64,000 nt of DNA, taken from NCBI GenBank assembly GCA_030704615.1, contig CM060731.1:7440001-7504000 (forward strand). Direction: 5' to 3'. Positions 25,901 through 39,107 of this stretch are shown piece after piece (position 1 is the stretch's first letter; every line of letters starts with the position of its first letter). The stretch comes from Takakia lepidozioides (lineage: Eukaryota; Plantae; Bryophyta). A program made the position numbers and the translations under genes. The notes beneath the pieces are model-generated. The model ran no database searches and was not told the origin of the DNA. It saw only the letters and a program-made list of their open reading frames with translations.

Positions 25901-28900
25901 ATAGCTCGGCGTATTTCTATGCGCCACATCGCCTTGCTCACACACCAGTATCCTGAGTTGTTGTCTCTCTCAGCAATTCAAGGGTATCAAAAGGCTTTGC
26001 CAGCAGACATTACCTTGCTGGGGGCGGATGATTTGGACCGGCATGGTTCCATTGACTTGGTGATAGCTGGATGGCCTTGCCAATGACACTCTCCCGCAGG
26101 TCATGGGAATGGCTTGCATGATGCACGATTGCATTTGTTTTGGGAGATGTTGCGAGTTTTGCGGGACTTGCAGACGAGGCAAGTGCAACCTCTAGGCTAT
26201 ATCTTGGAGAATGTTCCTCTTATGGGGGATTTTCGGGCCAGGGTTATGGCCAGTGTGCATCAAGTGCGGTCTTGGATTGGATCGGCGGTGCTATTGGATG
26301 CAGTAGCGGTGGGATCACGCGCGCATCGACCTCGATTGTGGTGGACCAATCTTGCACCACCAGAGCTGCTCAAGAGAGCATACGATTCCATTCAACGGCC
26401 ACCCAATCTCGCGGTTGAGGGCATTTTGGACCAAGGGAGGCAACCACAGAGAGTGCGACATGATGATCGTCCACCTCTAACAGTGGTCAATCGAGTGGGG
26501 CAACCACGTGCGGCCTTGCCTACACTCATGAGCTTTCCCTTGTCTCATGCTTTCCAAGACAATGGTCCTGGGTTGATTTGGGATAGTGTGCTACAACAAT
26601 TGGTGGAGCCCAATGCGGATGAGCGAGAGCGGGCAATGGGATTTGCCACCGGCACTACAGATGTGTCAGCTCTGTCAGAGGCATCATGCTGCCAAGTGTT
26701 GGGTCAAGCAATGGATCTAAATTGCTTGACATGGGTCATTGGCTTGTGCATGGCTGAGCAACGGAGATTGCAAGCATTGATGGCTACTTCTGCACTCCCA
26801 TTGGATAGTGCATCCTCCCTACGAACTGGGATGGTTGAGGCAGTGAGTGGGGGCGAGCATAAGATCATGGGTTGCAAACACCCATGGCAAATGTGGGATG
26901 ATATACGCAAAGAGAGAGTCATTGGATCTCTCAAGCAGCAGTATGAGGAGTGGGGAGAGCCATGGACTGAGGATCAGTTGGAGGCCAAGGTGGCCAAGGT
27001 TTTTGAAGAGGTTGAGAATGTTTCTTGCTCAGAGGATGTTCTCAAGGTGGCTATGGCGGAGCAAGTGGAGACTACGCCACAGTCAGATTGGGCGGACAAG
27101 GCCCAAGATGTTGCTATCTAGCAACCAAAGGATTCGTCTTCGACCTCCAAGCCTGGTGTACCCAAGGTTGCAGTCACTGAGGACAATTAGGAACCAGATG
27201 TTGGACCTACAGTCACCGGAGGAGAGAGACGGAGGATCCAGCAGTTTCTAAGGGCTTATAGAAATTGCTTTGCCTTCGGTTTGAAGGATTTGGGGAGTTT
27301 GAAGGGTCGGGAGATTCGTATTGATTTGGCAAGTGACACACCAATCTTTCGAAGGCCCTACCGGTATAGTGACATGGAGAGGTCATTGATCTAGTCACGG
27401 ACTATGGAGTTGTTTGAAGCTGGATTGGTGGAGTTGTCAGGCGGGGAGTATGCGTCGGCAACGGTGATGCCAGCTAAGAAGGATATCTATGGCAATTGGA
27501 CAGAAAGAAGGATGTGTGGGGACTATTGTCCTGTGAACCGTCAGACTAAGTCCTATAGATATGCCAAGCCAACTCCAGAGGAGATCTTTGATGCTATTGG
27601 GCATGCAAAGGTGTTTAGCACATTGGACTTGCGATCCGGTTACCACCAGTTGCCAATCAAAGAGGCTGACAAGCAAAAGACGGCATTCTGGGGGATTGAC
27701 CAACACGGGAAGGATTGTTTGTACCAATGGCGGTTCTTACCGTTTGGGTTGAAGAATGCTCCTGCAGAGTTTCAGAGGGTCATGGATAGGATTCTCGCGG
27801 GGCTAGACTTCGCCCGGTGCTACAGTGACGACATCATCGTCTTTAGTGCTACGGTTGATGAGCATACGGTTGAGACACCTTCAGGTGGTGTTTGAGCGCT
27901 TGAGAGCGCACGGGTTGAAACTGCACCCCGGAAAGTGCAAGTTCTTCCACAATCAGATTGAGTATATGGGCCACATGATATACCCTGGAGGATTGGGTGT
28001 TCAATAGACAAAGGTAGAGGCCATTGCATGCATTCCACGTCCCATGGATGTGAGCAGAGTTCGTGCTTTCATGGGATTGGCAAACTACTATCGACGGTTT
28101 GTCAAGGGATTTAGTAGCATTGCAAAGGCTCTTACCAAGTTGACCAAGGTGGGTCAAGATCGGCAGTGGGAGGAGGAGCAAGAGAAAGCCTTTGAGGAAC
28201 TCAATGCTCGATTGACTTCTGCACCTATTTTGAGGCGGCCTATTCGGGGGCGGCCTTTCTAGCTACATACGGATTGGAGTATGCTGGGGATTGGAGCAGT
28301 GCTCACACAGGTGGATGATGAGGGAAGAGAGTTCGTAGTGGCATATGCTAGCCGCTCGAACAATGATGCCGATGCGAAGTATAGTTCCTATGAAGGGGAG
28401 TGTCTAGCTGCGGTATGGGCAGTGGCACATTTCAGATGCTACCTCTATGGCAATCTCTTCACCCTTGTCACGGATCACCAACCATTGAAGTGGTTGATGG
28501 AGTCAGACAAGCTTACAGGGAAGCTTGCACGGTGGGCACTTATGCTTCAAGAGTACGACTTCCAGGTGGTGCATCGAGCCGGTATTGTCAATCGGAATGC
28601 AGATGGATTGAGTCGTAATCCATGCACAAGCGAGCATGATGATACTGGAGCTCGGTGGCATGGTGAGATAGATGAGGAGATGGTGCCAGGATGGCATGCA
28701 TCGACCTTTTTGTGCATTCTAGCAATGGGAGCTCAAGCTGGTCCATCCCATGCGATTGGTCATATAGATAGCATGCATGACGATCCAGAGACTAGTGAGG
28801 AGTTTGGTGGTGCTAAGGATATGCATGAAGATGAAGCAGTGTTGGCATACCTTCGTACCGGAGAGATAGCAGCCAGTGTGACTACTAATGAGAAGAATCG

Positions 28901-29816
28901 GGTCCTACAACGAGGCAAGAGGTTCAAGTGGTATGGGACTCACCTACTCCGGGTATGGGAGGATGAACGAGTGAGGATTGTGTCTCATCCAACACAACGA
29001 GCGCGATTGGTACGCCATGCCCACGAGGAGTTGGGACATTTTGGGGTGCGGCGCACTCATAGTTTGCTGCAAGGGTAGTATTGGTGGCGGGGCATGCATA
29101 CGGATATGCAGCAGTTAGTGGCAAGGACACCTAGGAGATTGGGACCTTCAATTGCCTTGGCTAGCTATGGGCTATAGGTTCAGCAAACAAGCTTCACTTG
29201 CCTCCTTCTCACCTTACTTTCTTCTCTTCGGCCGAGAGCCGGATTTGCCTGCATCTATTCATAGGGAGGCTGCAGTAGTTCTCAACCTTGATGATCCAGA
29301 TGTGTGGTCACAAGCATGTGCCCAGCGGGCAGAGCTGTTCAAGAGAGTCATGCCTATGGCTTTTGAGAACCTTGCTATTGCCCAACACCGAGACACATTG
29401 AGGTACGCTACTATACGTGAGAGGGGATATCGGCCAAATGTTCGGCGTTTCCACCCTGGGAACCTACGACCTTGGATGTCACAGCAAGACGTGTGATTCT
29501 AAGGGTCAGGGAGGTGTTGCCTTCAGGAGTGTTGATTCTGAAGGGTCGAGATAGCATGGTATGGAAGGACCATGTGCGCAATTGTGCGTCATGTCACCTT
29601 CCACATGTGGATGGGAGGATAGATCCCAACCTTGCAGTGGTACCTGCAGGGTTGCATTGCATGCTATGTGGGCATGCTGGTGGCACCGCAACCATGTTGG
29701 TGTATGACAAATGCTCAAGGGGGTGGCACACGAGATGCTTGACACCGCCACTTGAGGAGGTTCCTATCGGAGAATGGTTGTGTCCACGATGCCTTGGACA
29801 GAGGTGGTGGGCATGA
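22903..29816 (+). pseudogene. Family B polyprotein remnant gag-PR-DNMT-RT-RH-IN-PHD
   Basis: Zinc knuckles, VLLDSGA, DNMT motifs, YSDD, RNase H, HEELGHFG and PHD. Many TAG/TGA stops. The integrase core is deleted at ~29123. Confidence 0.92.
25796..26745 (+). pseudogene. Second DNMT3-like domain (stop codon right after PCQ)
   Basis: LDLFGG, AGWPCQ* (TGA at 26084-26086), ILENV, AHRPRLWWTNL, ERERAMGF...LGQAM. Confidence 0.92.
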
Positions 29817-32134
29817 CAATGGTGAGGCGGACAAATGATCCAAGGTCTAGCTAGTGGGGCTTCAATGCCATGGATACTCAACTGAAGATCATGGATTGCA
29901 TAAAGCATGATGAAGGCGACTAACGATGGGGCTATGTTTGCACCCGGCCTCTTGATCTATCGACTTCAAGTGTTGGGACTTGTGCGATTGAAGACCAAGT
30001 GATGATCTTATTGGGGTGGATACTTGCAAGCTATCCGGTGTTAGAGGGAGCTAATCACCAGCTAGGGGGGCGATTGTGGCGTGGCTTTCTAGGACTATAT
30101 GCTAGGAAGTGTGGTTGGACAGCGATGTATGTTGTGGCATGATGCTTAGGTGCACGACAGTTGTCATGGTTTTGTTTGTGATTAGTTAGAAATAGTTATT
30201 TCTAGCTAATTAGGACATTACACATTTATATTTGTATTTTGTTGGCATTGGGACTTCATTTGGTTCCATGTGCCAAGTGAGGTGGTGAACCTCACTTGGG
30301 ACGTGGGGAGGATGCCCCGAGCCTGCTCTGATCCTCCCAGAGATGTCTATATCTGGAAAGGGCACGGCTCCATATCCGCCTCCGTGAGGCCCAAGCCTGC
30401 AATAGCAGCTCTACCCAGCATCAATGGCTGAGCTCCTGAGTCCAGCAAGACTCGTAGTGGCCGGTACCTCTTGCCTGCCGGTCCACTCAAACAGAAAATG
30501 TCATCTTGGTTGTCTAACATGTCAACTCCAGGTGTCACCATGGCGCGCTCAATGGCTGGCCTAGCTGGCAGCTCCATCAACCTGGCAGCTGCAGCTTGCC
30601 ATGGCGCCGCCGTGGCAGTCTTGACCCTCACATCCGAGGATCCCTCCGGCACTACACCTTCCACTATCTCCGCAGAAGATGAAGTAACCTCCCCACTCTC
30701 ACAGAGTGTAGCTGCCAGCCTGAACACCTCAGCTGGTCTTACCCCCGGCGTCGCAATCATGGTAGCCGAGAACAATAGAGCCTGACACACAGATGTGGCC
30801 GCCCCCAGCAGCACACTAGCTGCCATAGCCTTGGCAACACTAGGTAGTGGTGCTGCCCGTATAGCTCTCCCCAATGGCATAGTAACCTCCGCCTCAGTAA
30901 CAGTCGGGCGAGAACTAGGTGCCATAGATGGCGTCGACACCATCTCCGCCAATGTAAATGACTGAGGAAGCCTGGCCTGACGGATTGCCTCCCCACGCTA
31001 TGGATCCAACTCCACCTCCGCACCCCGTGGCTTAGGAACTCGTGCTGCTCCTCGAGTCACTGCCGTAGGTGACCCCACTTGCACTAGTGGTAGTCCTGCC
31101 CCGCACATAGTGGTAGTGGTAGTGTTGCCCGGCACTAGTGGTAGTGGTGCCCCACCCACAGTGGTAGTGGTAGTGGCACCCCTCACCTACGGCACATCAC
31201 GGCCACTGTTCCCTGCATGCCCTAGAACTCCCAACGAGTTCCAATGCGTTCCCGGACGTTCCCACACATTCCCGAGCTCTCCCCCAGTTGGGGTTTGCTC
31301 CTGCACCTGCTGCCGACGAGCTATGGCTTCTACGGAGCCATCAGCCCCGTCGCCCTCCACTCTTGAGCTCTCACGGCCCACTAGAAGCACCCCCAACTCA
31401 ACAAGTAAGCAACATGCTGCCCAACAAGCTCCATTTCTTCATGAAGCTCACAAAAAATGAATATGAAAATACACACATTTACAAACTTGGTGCACATGCA
31501 CTTCTCATGCATATCCCCTAGCTCTAGGACGTCTCGCTGCTGCCCTTCCAGCCCCGCTCTTGCCACTCCAAGAGCACTTACACTGCTGAGTTTCAGATTG
31601 AAACTCCAACTCAGCACATGCTTCACAAGTGCACTGATTTGCACACAAGAGGGACCAGCCCCCTCTCTTCACTCATACCTCTTCATGAGCTTGGAGCTGA
31701 AGCAGTGTAGCTACGGCGTGAGCCCAGCCCCGTGAGCCTGGGAGCTGAGCTCACGCTTCAAGGAAGCGTGAGCGGCACAAATGTGCTGGAGAAGCAGGCC
31801 CTATAGGCGAGGATTGCAGGAAGAGTACCTATTACTGTGGACAAACGTGGACAAAACAAAGGGGCCACCATGCACCATGTCTGCACAAAAAGAGGAATAT
31901 GAACATATGGCAGATTTGAGCTCAGAATGATTGTCACATTCAATTCACAGATAGACACCTGTTTGTGCCCCCCTGGTTCCGCAAATAAAATGTATGTGGT
32001 TGTCCTACATGCAAAGACTCCACACGATAAGCTGGAAACCAGCACGGGAAGTGGGCATGGCTCGTTTTTGTTCACACAGAATCTGGCAGAGCCCCACGGC
32101 AGGTGTCCCGCTGCAGAAGAGTGATGACCTCTCC

Positions 32135-34250
32135 TTAGCCTAGTGTGGCTTGGTGAATGAATTGGTCTCTCTTACTGTCGCAACACATAATTATAAGGTA
32201 TATGTAATATTGATGCTTGCAGGGGACGCACTTCCCTCTCATGCCGAGAGCGTCCTCACGCATCGTTACAAAATCTGGATAGGTGCACGCAGGGAAATTC
32301 CCCACGGTAACCTGATATTCTTTGCCATGTACTGAGCCAGTAGACAACACTGTGTAAATCCGTCCATACCCCGGGGGCGGGACTTCGGTGATACGTGTCA
32401 CCTGAGCCTGCAAAATTCTAGCCGATTCCATCTTATAGTCGTGATCTGCACCCGAAGCGACACAGCGCACTGTTTTTCCATCTCTTTTTGTTGGGTGGGA
32501 GTCGGCACTGGGTGGATGCATTGCCGGATCATGTGGCACATCTGTGCCTAGAGTGCATGAGGGCACCAAACCGTGCAAGGCGGAACCCTCCCTCCTCCAG
32601 CATGCTTATCTCGGTTGATGATAGTGACGTCCCAAGTTTCACAGGTCAAATTGCGGGCGAATGGGGCTTCATTATCACCGATGGACGAACTGTTCACTTG
32701 ACGCATCGTGCCATATCATTTGGGCAGAACCAGAACTTCCAGTCCTTTGACTCCCCACTATGATAAGGTCGGAACAACCCTGTGAATGTTGGAGCTGGAG
32801 TCCCCCTGGAGCCTTTACATATTTTTGATTTGCATTTCTTGAAAGAGGGGGTCCGAATTGCCATGCAAGCCGCTCTAGATCCTGGTGGGGTGCGTTCTAT
32901 ATGCCACTCAGTGTCAATGCAATCAGATTCTTGCACCAAGGACACCACCTCCTCCAATGGGATTCCTGCTGCTGTGCTTGCATGATTTGCACCTGCTCCA
33001 CTGGAAGAGGATCCACCTGGGAAGGGGCGGGCACATGACTTAGTCTGCACCAGAGACACCTTAGGTACAGAGAAATTGACCCTGTCCGGGCGATAGGAAT
33101 CTCCATCTGACCTTGGAGGAGTGTTCAATTTCCTTTTGCATGATCCAAATGTTTCCTCGCCTTCCAAATGGGGGACCCTGGATTGCAAAGGGGAGCCTTC
33201 AGTGCACCTGTTCAGAGCTCTCGCCATCTTTGATGGGTCTCCGGACCTGCTCGTAGCCCTTAGCATCAACAAAGTCATATCAGGGCCCTTGCCTCCGCCC
33301 CGTCCCATCAGAAAATTGCGGTATCTGGTTTGTTGTGTACCATGTCATCAGCAGTGACAACATACAAGTCAAGTCCTGCTTTGGTAGACTGCTGCATCCA
33401 GGCGTTGTGAACAGTCTCCGCCAAATTACAGGAAGGCATGTCGGCCAAGTCCTCCAAGGACATGTCCTACAGGAGGCATTGAACGCAAATGTGAGGAACG
33501 AAAGGAAATGGAAGAGGTTCTGCAAGTGACAATCCAACAAGCCCAAAGGAACAGGCACGATGCAAAGTGAAATTTGTGTTTCTGGGATTGAAAAGCATAC
33601 CGTCATCATGAAAGCTCCCCATTGTCTGTACCTGAAGTGCCAGAAAACCAACCAGTCCTCCAACTCCTTCAGTTGGATCCCACTAGCAGCACTAGAGGAG
33701 AACCACCAAGCCCGGATTGCTTGGTAAGTGCTCTCAGCTTCTCCCATTGAGGTGGCATTTTCGTACTCGAGGCAGAGCCTTATGTGCTCCAACTGAAGGT
33801 CAGGTCGAATGCAACGCTTTGTATGACATACCAGAGATTGACTCCAATGGAAGAGGCATGTGCGCTCCCTAATGAACCGTGTCCGTCATGTTTCTTGTCC
33901 ATGCCCTGCAGAAGCCCAGCTAGTCCACTGGAAGACGTGGGAGGGTGGAGCTCAAATGTCCCCGTCAAACTCTACTCCTCCATATTGAACCCTCTACACC
34001 CAAAGAGACTCCCAATCAACAAAACGAAGCTCGCTCTTGCACCCAGGCACACCTGCGAGGGCTTTCAATTTCGGAATGACACTCGTTATCTCCTGGAATT
34101 CGTCATCATCCAAGAATGGAGTCTGGACTACCGGAGGAATCTCAGAAACATCCTCCGAGGACGAGTCTGAAAGAGTCACGAAGGTAGTGGATATGCTCAC
34201 CTCGCGTTTCCCATGAACTGTGTCTTTCTGCTGCACGACCGATGCTGCAG
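32135..34250 (-). pseudogene. MULE transposase remnant (GCM domain and first catalytic Ds deleted; intron 33467-33600)
   Basis: MDKKHDGH is fused to the CxFHW region; FWHFRYRQWG|intron|...CNLAETVHNAW; PAPTF...FWFC; SWIM-like CT..DF...CKHQYY. Confidence 0.88.
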
Positions 34251-34269
34251 TGCCAAGGGTAACTACTAA

Positions 34270-37200
34270 TCCTGCCAACCAATGGTTTCGGCAACGCACA
34301 CTATTTGTGCCCCCCTTTCTGGTTGTGTTTTGATGTGTAAATGTGCGACAGTAGGCCAGTGTGCCAAGTTCAAAACACCCATAGTTGGAAGCACCAAACA
34401 GTGTGCGGCAACGCACACTGTTTGGGCCCCCCTTTCCGGTTGTTTTTTGACTTCAAAATGGGCCACAAAGGGCCAGTATGCCATGCTCAAGATACCCCTA
34501 ATTCGAAGCCCCAAACAGTGTGCTTCAGAGCACACTCTTTGAGGCCCCCTCTGTGCCTGATTTTTGATTTCAAAATGGGCCATGTTTGATGTCTAAATGT
34601 GCCACACAAGGCCAGTGTGCCAAGTTCAAAACACCCATAGTTGGAAGCACCAAATAGTGTGCGGCAACGCACACTATTTGGGCCCCCCTTTCCGGTTGTT
34701 TTTTATCTCAAAATGGGCCACAAAAAGGCCAGTATGCCATGCCCAAAATACCCCTAATTGAAGTACCAAACAGTGTGCGGCAACGCACACTGTTTGGGCC
34801 CCCCTTTCCGGTTCGTTTTTGACTTCAAAATGGGCCACAAAGGGCCAGTATGCCATGCTCAAAATACCCCTAATTGGAGGCCCCAAACACTGTGCTTCAA
34901 AGCACACTGTTTGTGGCCCCCTCTGTGCCTGTTTTTTCATTTCAAAATGGGCCATATTTGATGTCTAAATGTGCCACACAAGGCCAGTGTGCCAAGTTCA
35001 AAACACCCATAGTTGGAAGCACCAAACAATGTGCGGCAACGCACACTGTTTGTGGCCCCCTCTGTGCTTGTTTTATTATTTCAAAATGGGCCATATTTGA
35101 TGTCTAAATGTGCCACACACGGCCAGTGTGCCAAGTTCAAAACACCCGTAGTTGGAAGCACCAAATAATGTGCGGCAACGCACACTGTTTGGGCTCCCTT
35201 TTCCGGTTCTTTTTTTACCTCAAAATGGGCCACAAAGGGCTAGTATGCCATGCTCAAAATACCCCTAATTGGAAGCCCCAAATAGTGTGCTTCAAAGCAC
35301 ACTGACACATGCCCCCTCTATGCCTGTTTTTGTATTTCAAAATGGGCCATGTTTGATCTAATTGTGCCACACAGGGCCAGTGTGCCAATTTAAAAACACC
35401 CATAGTTGGAAGCACCAAACAGTGTGCGGCAACGCACACTGTTTGGACCCCCTTTCCGGTTGTTTTATACTTCAAAATGGGCCACAAAGGGCCAGTATGC
35501 CATGCTCAAAATACCCCTAATTGTAAGCCCCAAACAGTGTGCTTCAAAGCACACTGACAAAGGCCCCCTCTATGCCTGTTTTTTAATTTCAAAATGGGCC
35601 ATGTTTGATCTAATTGTGCCACACACGGCCAGTGTGCCAATTTCAAAACACCCATAGTTGGAAGCACCAAACAGTGTGCGGCAACGCACACTGTTTGGGC
35701 CCCCCTTTCCGGTTGTCTTTCGACCTCAAAATGAGCCACAAAGGGCTAGTATGCCGTGCTCAAAATACCCCTAAGTAGAGGCCCCAAACAGTGTGCTTCA
35801 GAGCACACTGTTTGAGGCCCCCTCCGTGCTTGTTTTTTGATTTCAAAATGGGCCATGTTTGATGTCTAAATGTGCCACACAGGGCAAGTGTGCCAAGTTC
35901 AAAACACCCATAGTTGGAAGCACCAAACAGTGTGCGGCAACGCACACTGTTTGGGCCCCCCTTTCCGGTTCTTTCTTTACTTCAAAATGGGCCACAAAGT
36001 GCCAGTATGCCATGCTCAAAATACCCCTAATTGGCAGCCCCAAACAGTGTGCCTCAAAGCACACTGTTTGAGGCCCCCTCTATGCCTGTTTTTTGATTTC
36101 AAAATAGTCCATGTTTGATCTAAATGTGCCACACAGGGCCAGTGTGCCAAGTTCAAAACACCCATAGTTGGAAGCACCAAACAGTGTGCGGCAACGCACA
36201 CTGTTTGGACCCCCTTTCCGGTTGTTTTATACTTCAAAATGGGCCACAAAGGGCCAGTATGCCATGCTCAAAATACCCCTAATTGGAAGCCCCAAACAGT
36301 GTGCTTCAAAGCACACTGACAGAGGCCCCCTCTATGCCTGTTTTTTAATTTCAAAATGGGCCATGTTTGATCTAATTGTGCCACACACGGCCAGTGTGCC
36401 AATTTCAAAACACCCATAGTTGGAAGCACCAAACAGTGTGCGGCAACGCACACTGTTTGGGCCCCCTTTCCGGTTGTCTTTCGACCTCAAAATGAGCCAC
36501 AAAGGGCTAGTATGCCGTGCTCAAAATACCCCTAAGTAGAGGCCCCAAACAATGTGCTTCAAAGCACATGTTTGAGGCCCCCTCCGTGCCTGTTTTTTGA
36601 TTTCAAAATGGGCCATGTTTGATGTCTAAATGTGCCACACAGGGCAAGTGTGCCAAGTTCAAAACACCCGTAGTTGGAAGCACCAAACAGTGTGCGGCAA
36701 CGCACACTGTTTGGGCCCCCCTTTCCGGTTCTTTCTTTACTTCAAAATGGGCCACAAAGTGCCAGTATGCCATGCTCAAAATACCCCTGATTGGAAGCCC
36801 CAAACAGTGTGCCTCAAAGCACACTGTTTGAGGCCCCCTCTATGCCTGTTTTTTGATTTCAAAATAGTCCATGTTTGATCTAAATGTGCCACACAGGGCC
36901 AGTGTGCCAAGTTCAAAACACCCATAGTTGGAAGCACCAAACAGTGTACGGCAACGCACACTGTTTGAGCCCCTTTTCCGGTTGTTTTTTGACTTCAAAA
37001 TGGGCCACAAATGGCCAGTATGCCATGCTCAAAATACCCCTAATTGGAAGCCCCAAACAGTGTGCTTCAAAGCACACTGACAAAGGCCCCCTCTATGCCT
37101 ATTTTTTTATTTCAAAATGGGCCATGTTTGATCTAATTGTGCCACACAGGGCCAGTGTGCCAATTTCAAAACACCCATAGTTGGAAGCACCAAATAGTGT

Positions 37201-37990
37201 GCGGCAACGCACACTGTTTGGGCCGCCCTTTCTGGTTGTCTTTCGACCTCAAAATGAAGGGCTAGTATGCCGTGCTCAAAATTCCCCTAAGTAGAGGCCC
37301 CAAACAGTGTGCTTCAAAGCACACTATTTGAGGCCCCCTCCGTGCCTGTTTTTTGATTTCAAAATGGGCCATGTTTGATGTCTAAATGTGCCACACAGGG
37401 CCAGTGTGCCAAGTTCAAAACACCCGTAGTTGGAAGCACCAAACAGTGTGCGACAACGCACACTGTTTGGGCCCCCCTTTCCGGTTGTTTTTTTACTTCA
37501 AAATGGGCCACAAAGGGCGAGTATGCCATGCTCAAAATACCTCGAATTGGAAGCCCCAAACAGTGTGCTTCAAAGCACACTGGTTGTGGCCCCTCTGCGT
37601 CTGTTTTTGATCTCAAAATGGGCCATGTTTGATGTCTAAATGTGCCACACAGGGCCAATGTGCCAAGTTCAAAACACCCGTAGTTGGAAGCACCAAACAG
37701 TGTGCGGCAACGCACATTGTTTGGGCCCCCCTTTCCGGTTGTTTTTTTACTTCAAAATGGGCCTCAAAGGGCCAGTATGCTTTGCTCAAAATACCCCTAA
37801 TTGGAAGCCCCAAACAGTGTGCTTCAAAGCACACTGTTTGTGGCCCCCTCTGTGCCTGTTTTTTGATTTCAAAATGGGCCATGTTTGATGTCTAAATGTG
37901 CCACATAGGGCTAGTGTGCCAAGTTCAAAACACTGGTAGTTGGAAGCACCAAACAGTGTGCGGCAACGCACACTGTTTGTGCCCCCGTTT
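34270..37990. repeat. Tandem array, ~254-bp unit (~14 copies) with two hairpins per unit and a ~760-bp higher-order repeat
   Basis: Unit starts near 35108, 35362, 35614, 35870, 36124, 36376, 36630, 36884, 37137, 37386, 37640 and 37896. Hairpins AAACAGTGTGCG-GCAA-CGCACACTGTTT and AAACAGTGTGCT-TCAA-AGCACACTGTTT. Confidence 0.96.
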
Positions 37991-38131
37991 CTGGTTTTTT
38001 GTTTGTAAATCAGCTTCCTTCTTGTTCCTCTTCTTGGTGGTTCTCGGATGGAGTTGCATAAGTCGATCAAGTGAATATGTAGGTGCCTGGTTCTCAAGCT
38101 TCTTAGATCCTTCTGGATGTCCATTTCGCAG

Positions 38132-39107
38132 ACACGTTTGTTTGAAGCTGTTTGTCTCGTCCGAGTGCATCCACGTACGACTCCAGCCGTCATTAGGGAG
38201 TTCGCCATCACTCATGGGGGCAAGTTCATAGACAAGAGGACAGATCCTCCCACGGATGACATGCACCACAACTACGTGGACAACAACGTCTGCTTGCGAA
38301 GGGGAAATGGGGTTCCTTGGAGAGGGGCCAGGGAGAGGAGCTCGGCTTTCATTCAACCGATTGTGGAGTGCTGCACCTACACCGACGCCAGAGTTCTCGA
38401 TTTGTCAATGGGCACAGGTTCGTCTCTTCAACATTCACATTTGATCGGGTTTGTTTGAGCTTGCACTTTCAGCGCTTCTCACCGTTCCAAATGAGTCTTC
38501 AATGTCTATTTCCTTCCTTCTATTCCATTGCAGGTGCTTTGTACCACGCTTGCAAGGCCAGTGCGCCACATCTCTTCAGGATTGAAGGGGATGCCGAAAT
38601 TTACAAGAACCTCCTGATGGGTTTGGATGGACAAACTTCTCAAGTCCTTCCAAAGCCGCTTCTCGGTGATATTGATACAGGGGAGACGTCCGACAAGGAG
38701 CTGGACTCCGACTTTGCCTGTGAGTAAGTTCAACCTGTGGATGCTTGCATTCTTGTTTCACTTGAATCACTGTTCTTAAGGCAAGGTGCACATGGGAGAC
38801 ATCCTCTTTGTTGGACTTGTGCATTGCATTATTGTATTCAAAATGGGTTTTTGACGACTTGTGCAGGAGTCCGTGTGCTTCCACTGACCCTCCAGGGCTA
38901 TCACAACTTCTTGGACTTCTTTCAAGTCCTCCTCAGTCTTACATGCTACCCGTCTATGTGGAGGCACTCGCAGCAAGCATGTCCGTTCATGGGACTCGCA
39001 GTCCAACCATCGACGGTCGTGGTAGAAGACGTGGTGTTGGGGCCAGAATCTTTGTGGATGACATAGCAAAGGAGGTCGATTCTGATTCAAATGACTTTGA
39101 CACTTGA
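38132..39107 (+). pseudogene. 3' exons of a beta-class N6A/N4C methyltransferase-like gene in MULE-2 (exons 38132-38417, 38534-38723, 38867-39107)
   Basis: Spliced peptide PWRGARERSSAFIQPIVECCTYTDARVLDLSMGTGALYHACKAS...IEGDAEIY. Intron positions match the MULE-3 gene. Confidence 0.75.

Larger units (their letters stand above)
19994..30310 (+). mobile_element. Ty3/gypsy family B element: partial 5' B repeat (to 20250), PBS, UTR repeats, gag-PR-DNMT-RT-RH-IN(deleted core)-PHD, PPT, A(30075-30159)-GT-B(30162-30310, cut)
   Basis: Same domain order as family A' but different terminal repeats. PPT AGGGGGGCGAT ends at 30074. The remaining B-T-A lies at 55722-55982. Confidence 0.9.

Noticed and set aside
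6615-30310. DIRS/Ngaro (tyrosine recombinase) classification of the split-repeat elements
   Set aside because: They encode an aspartic protease and an rve DDE integrase, have a PPT and a 4-bp TSD, and show no RHRY recombinase motifs.
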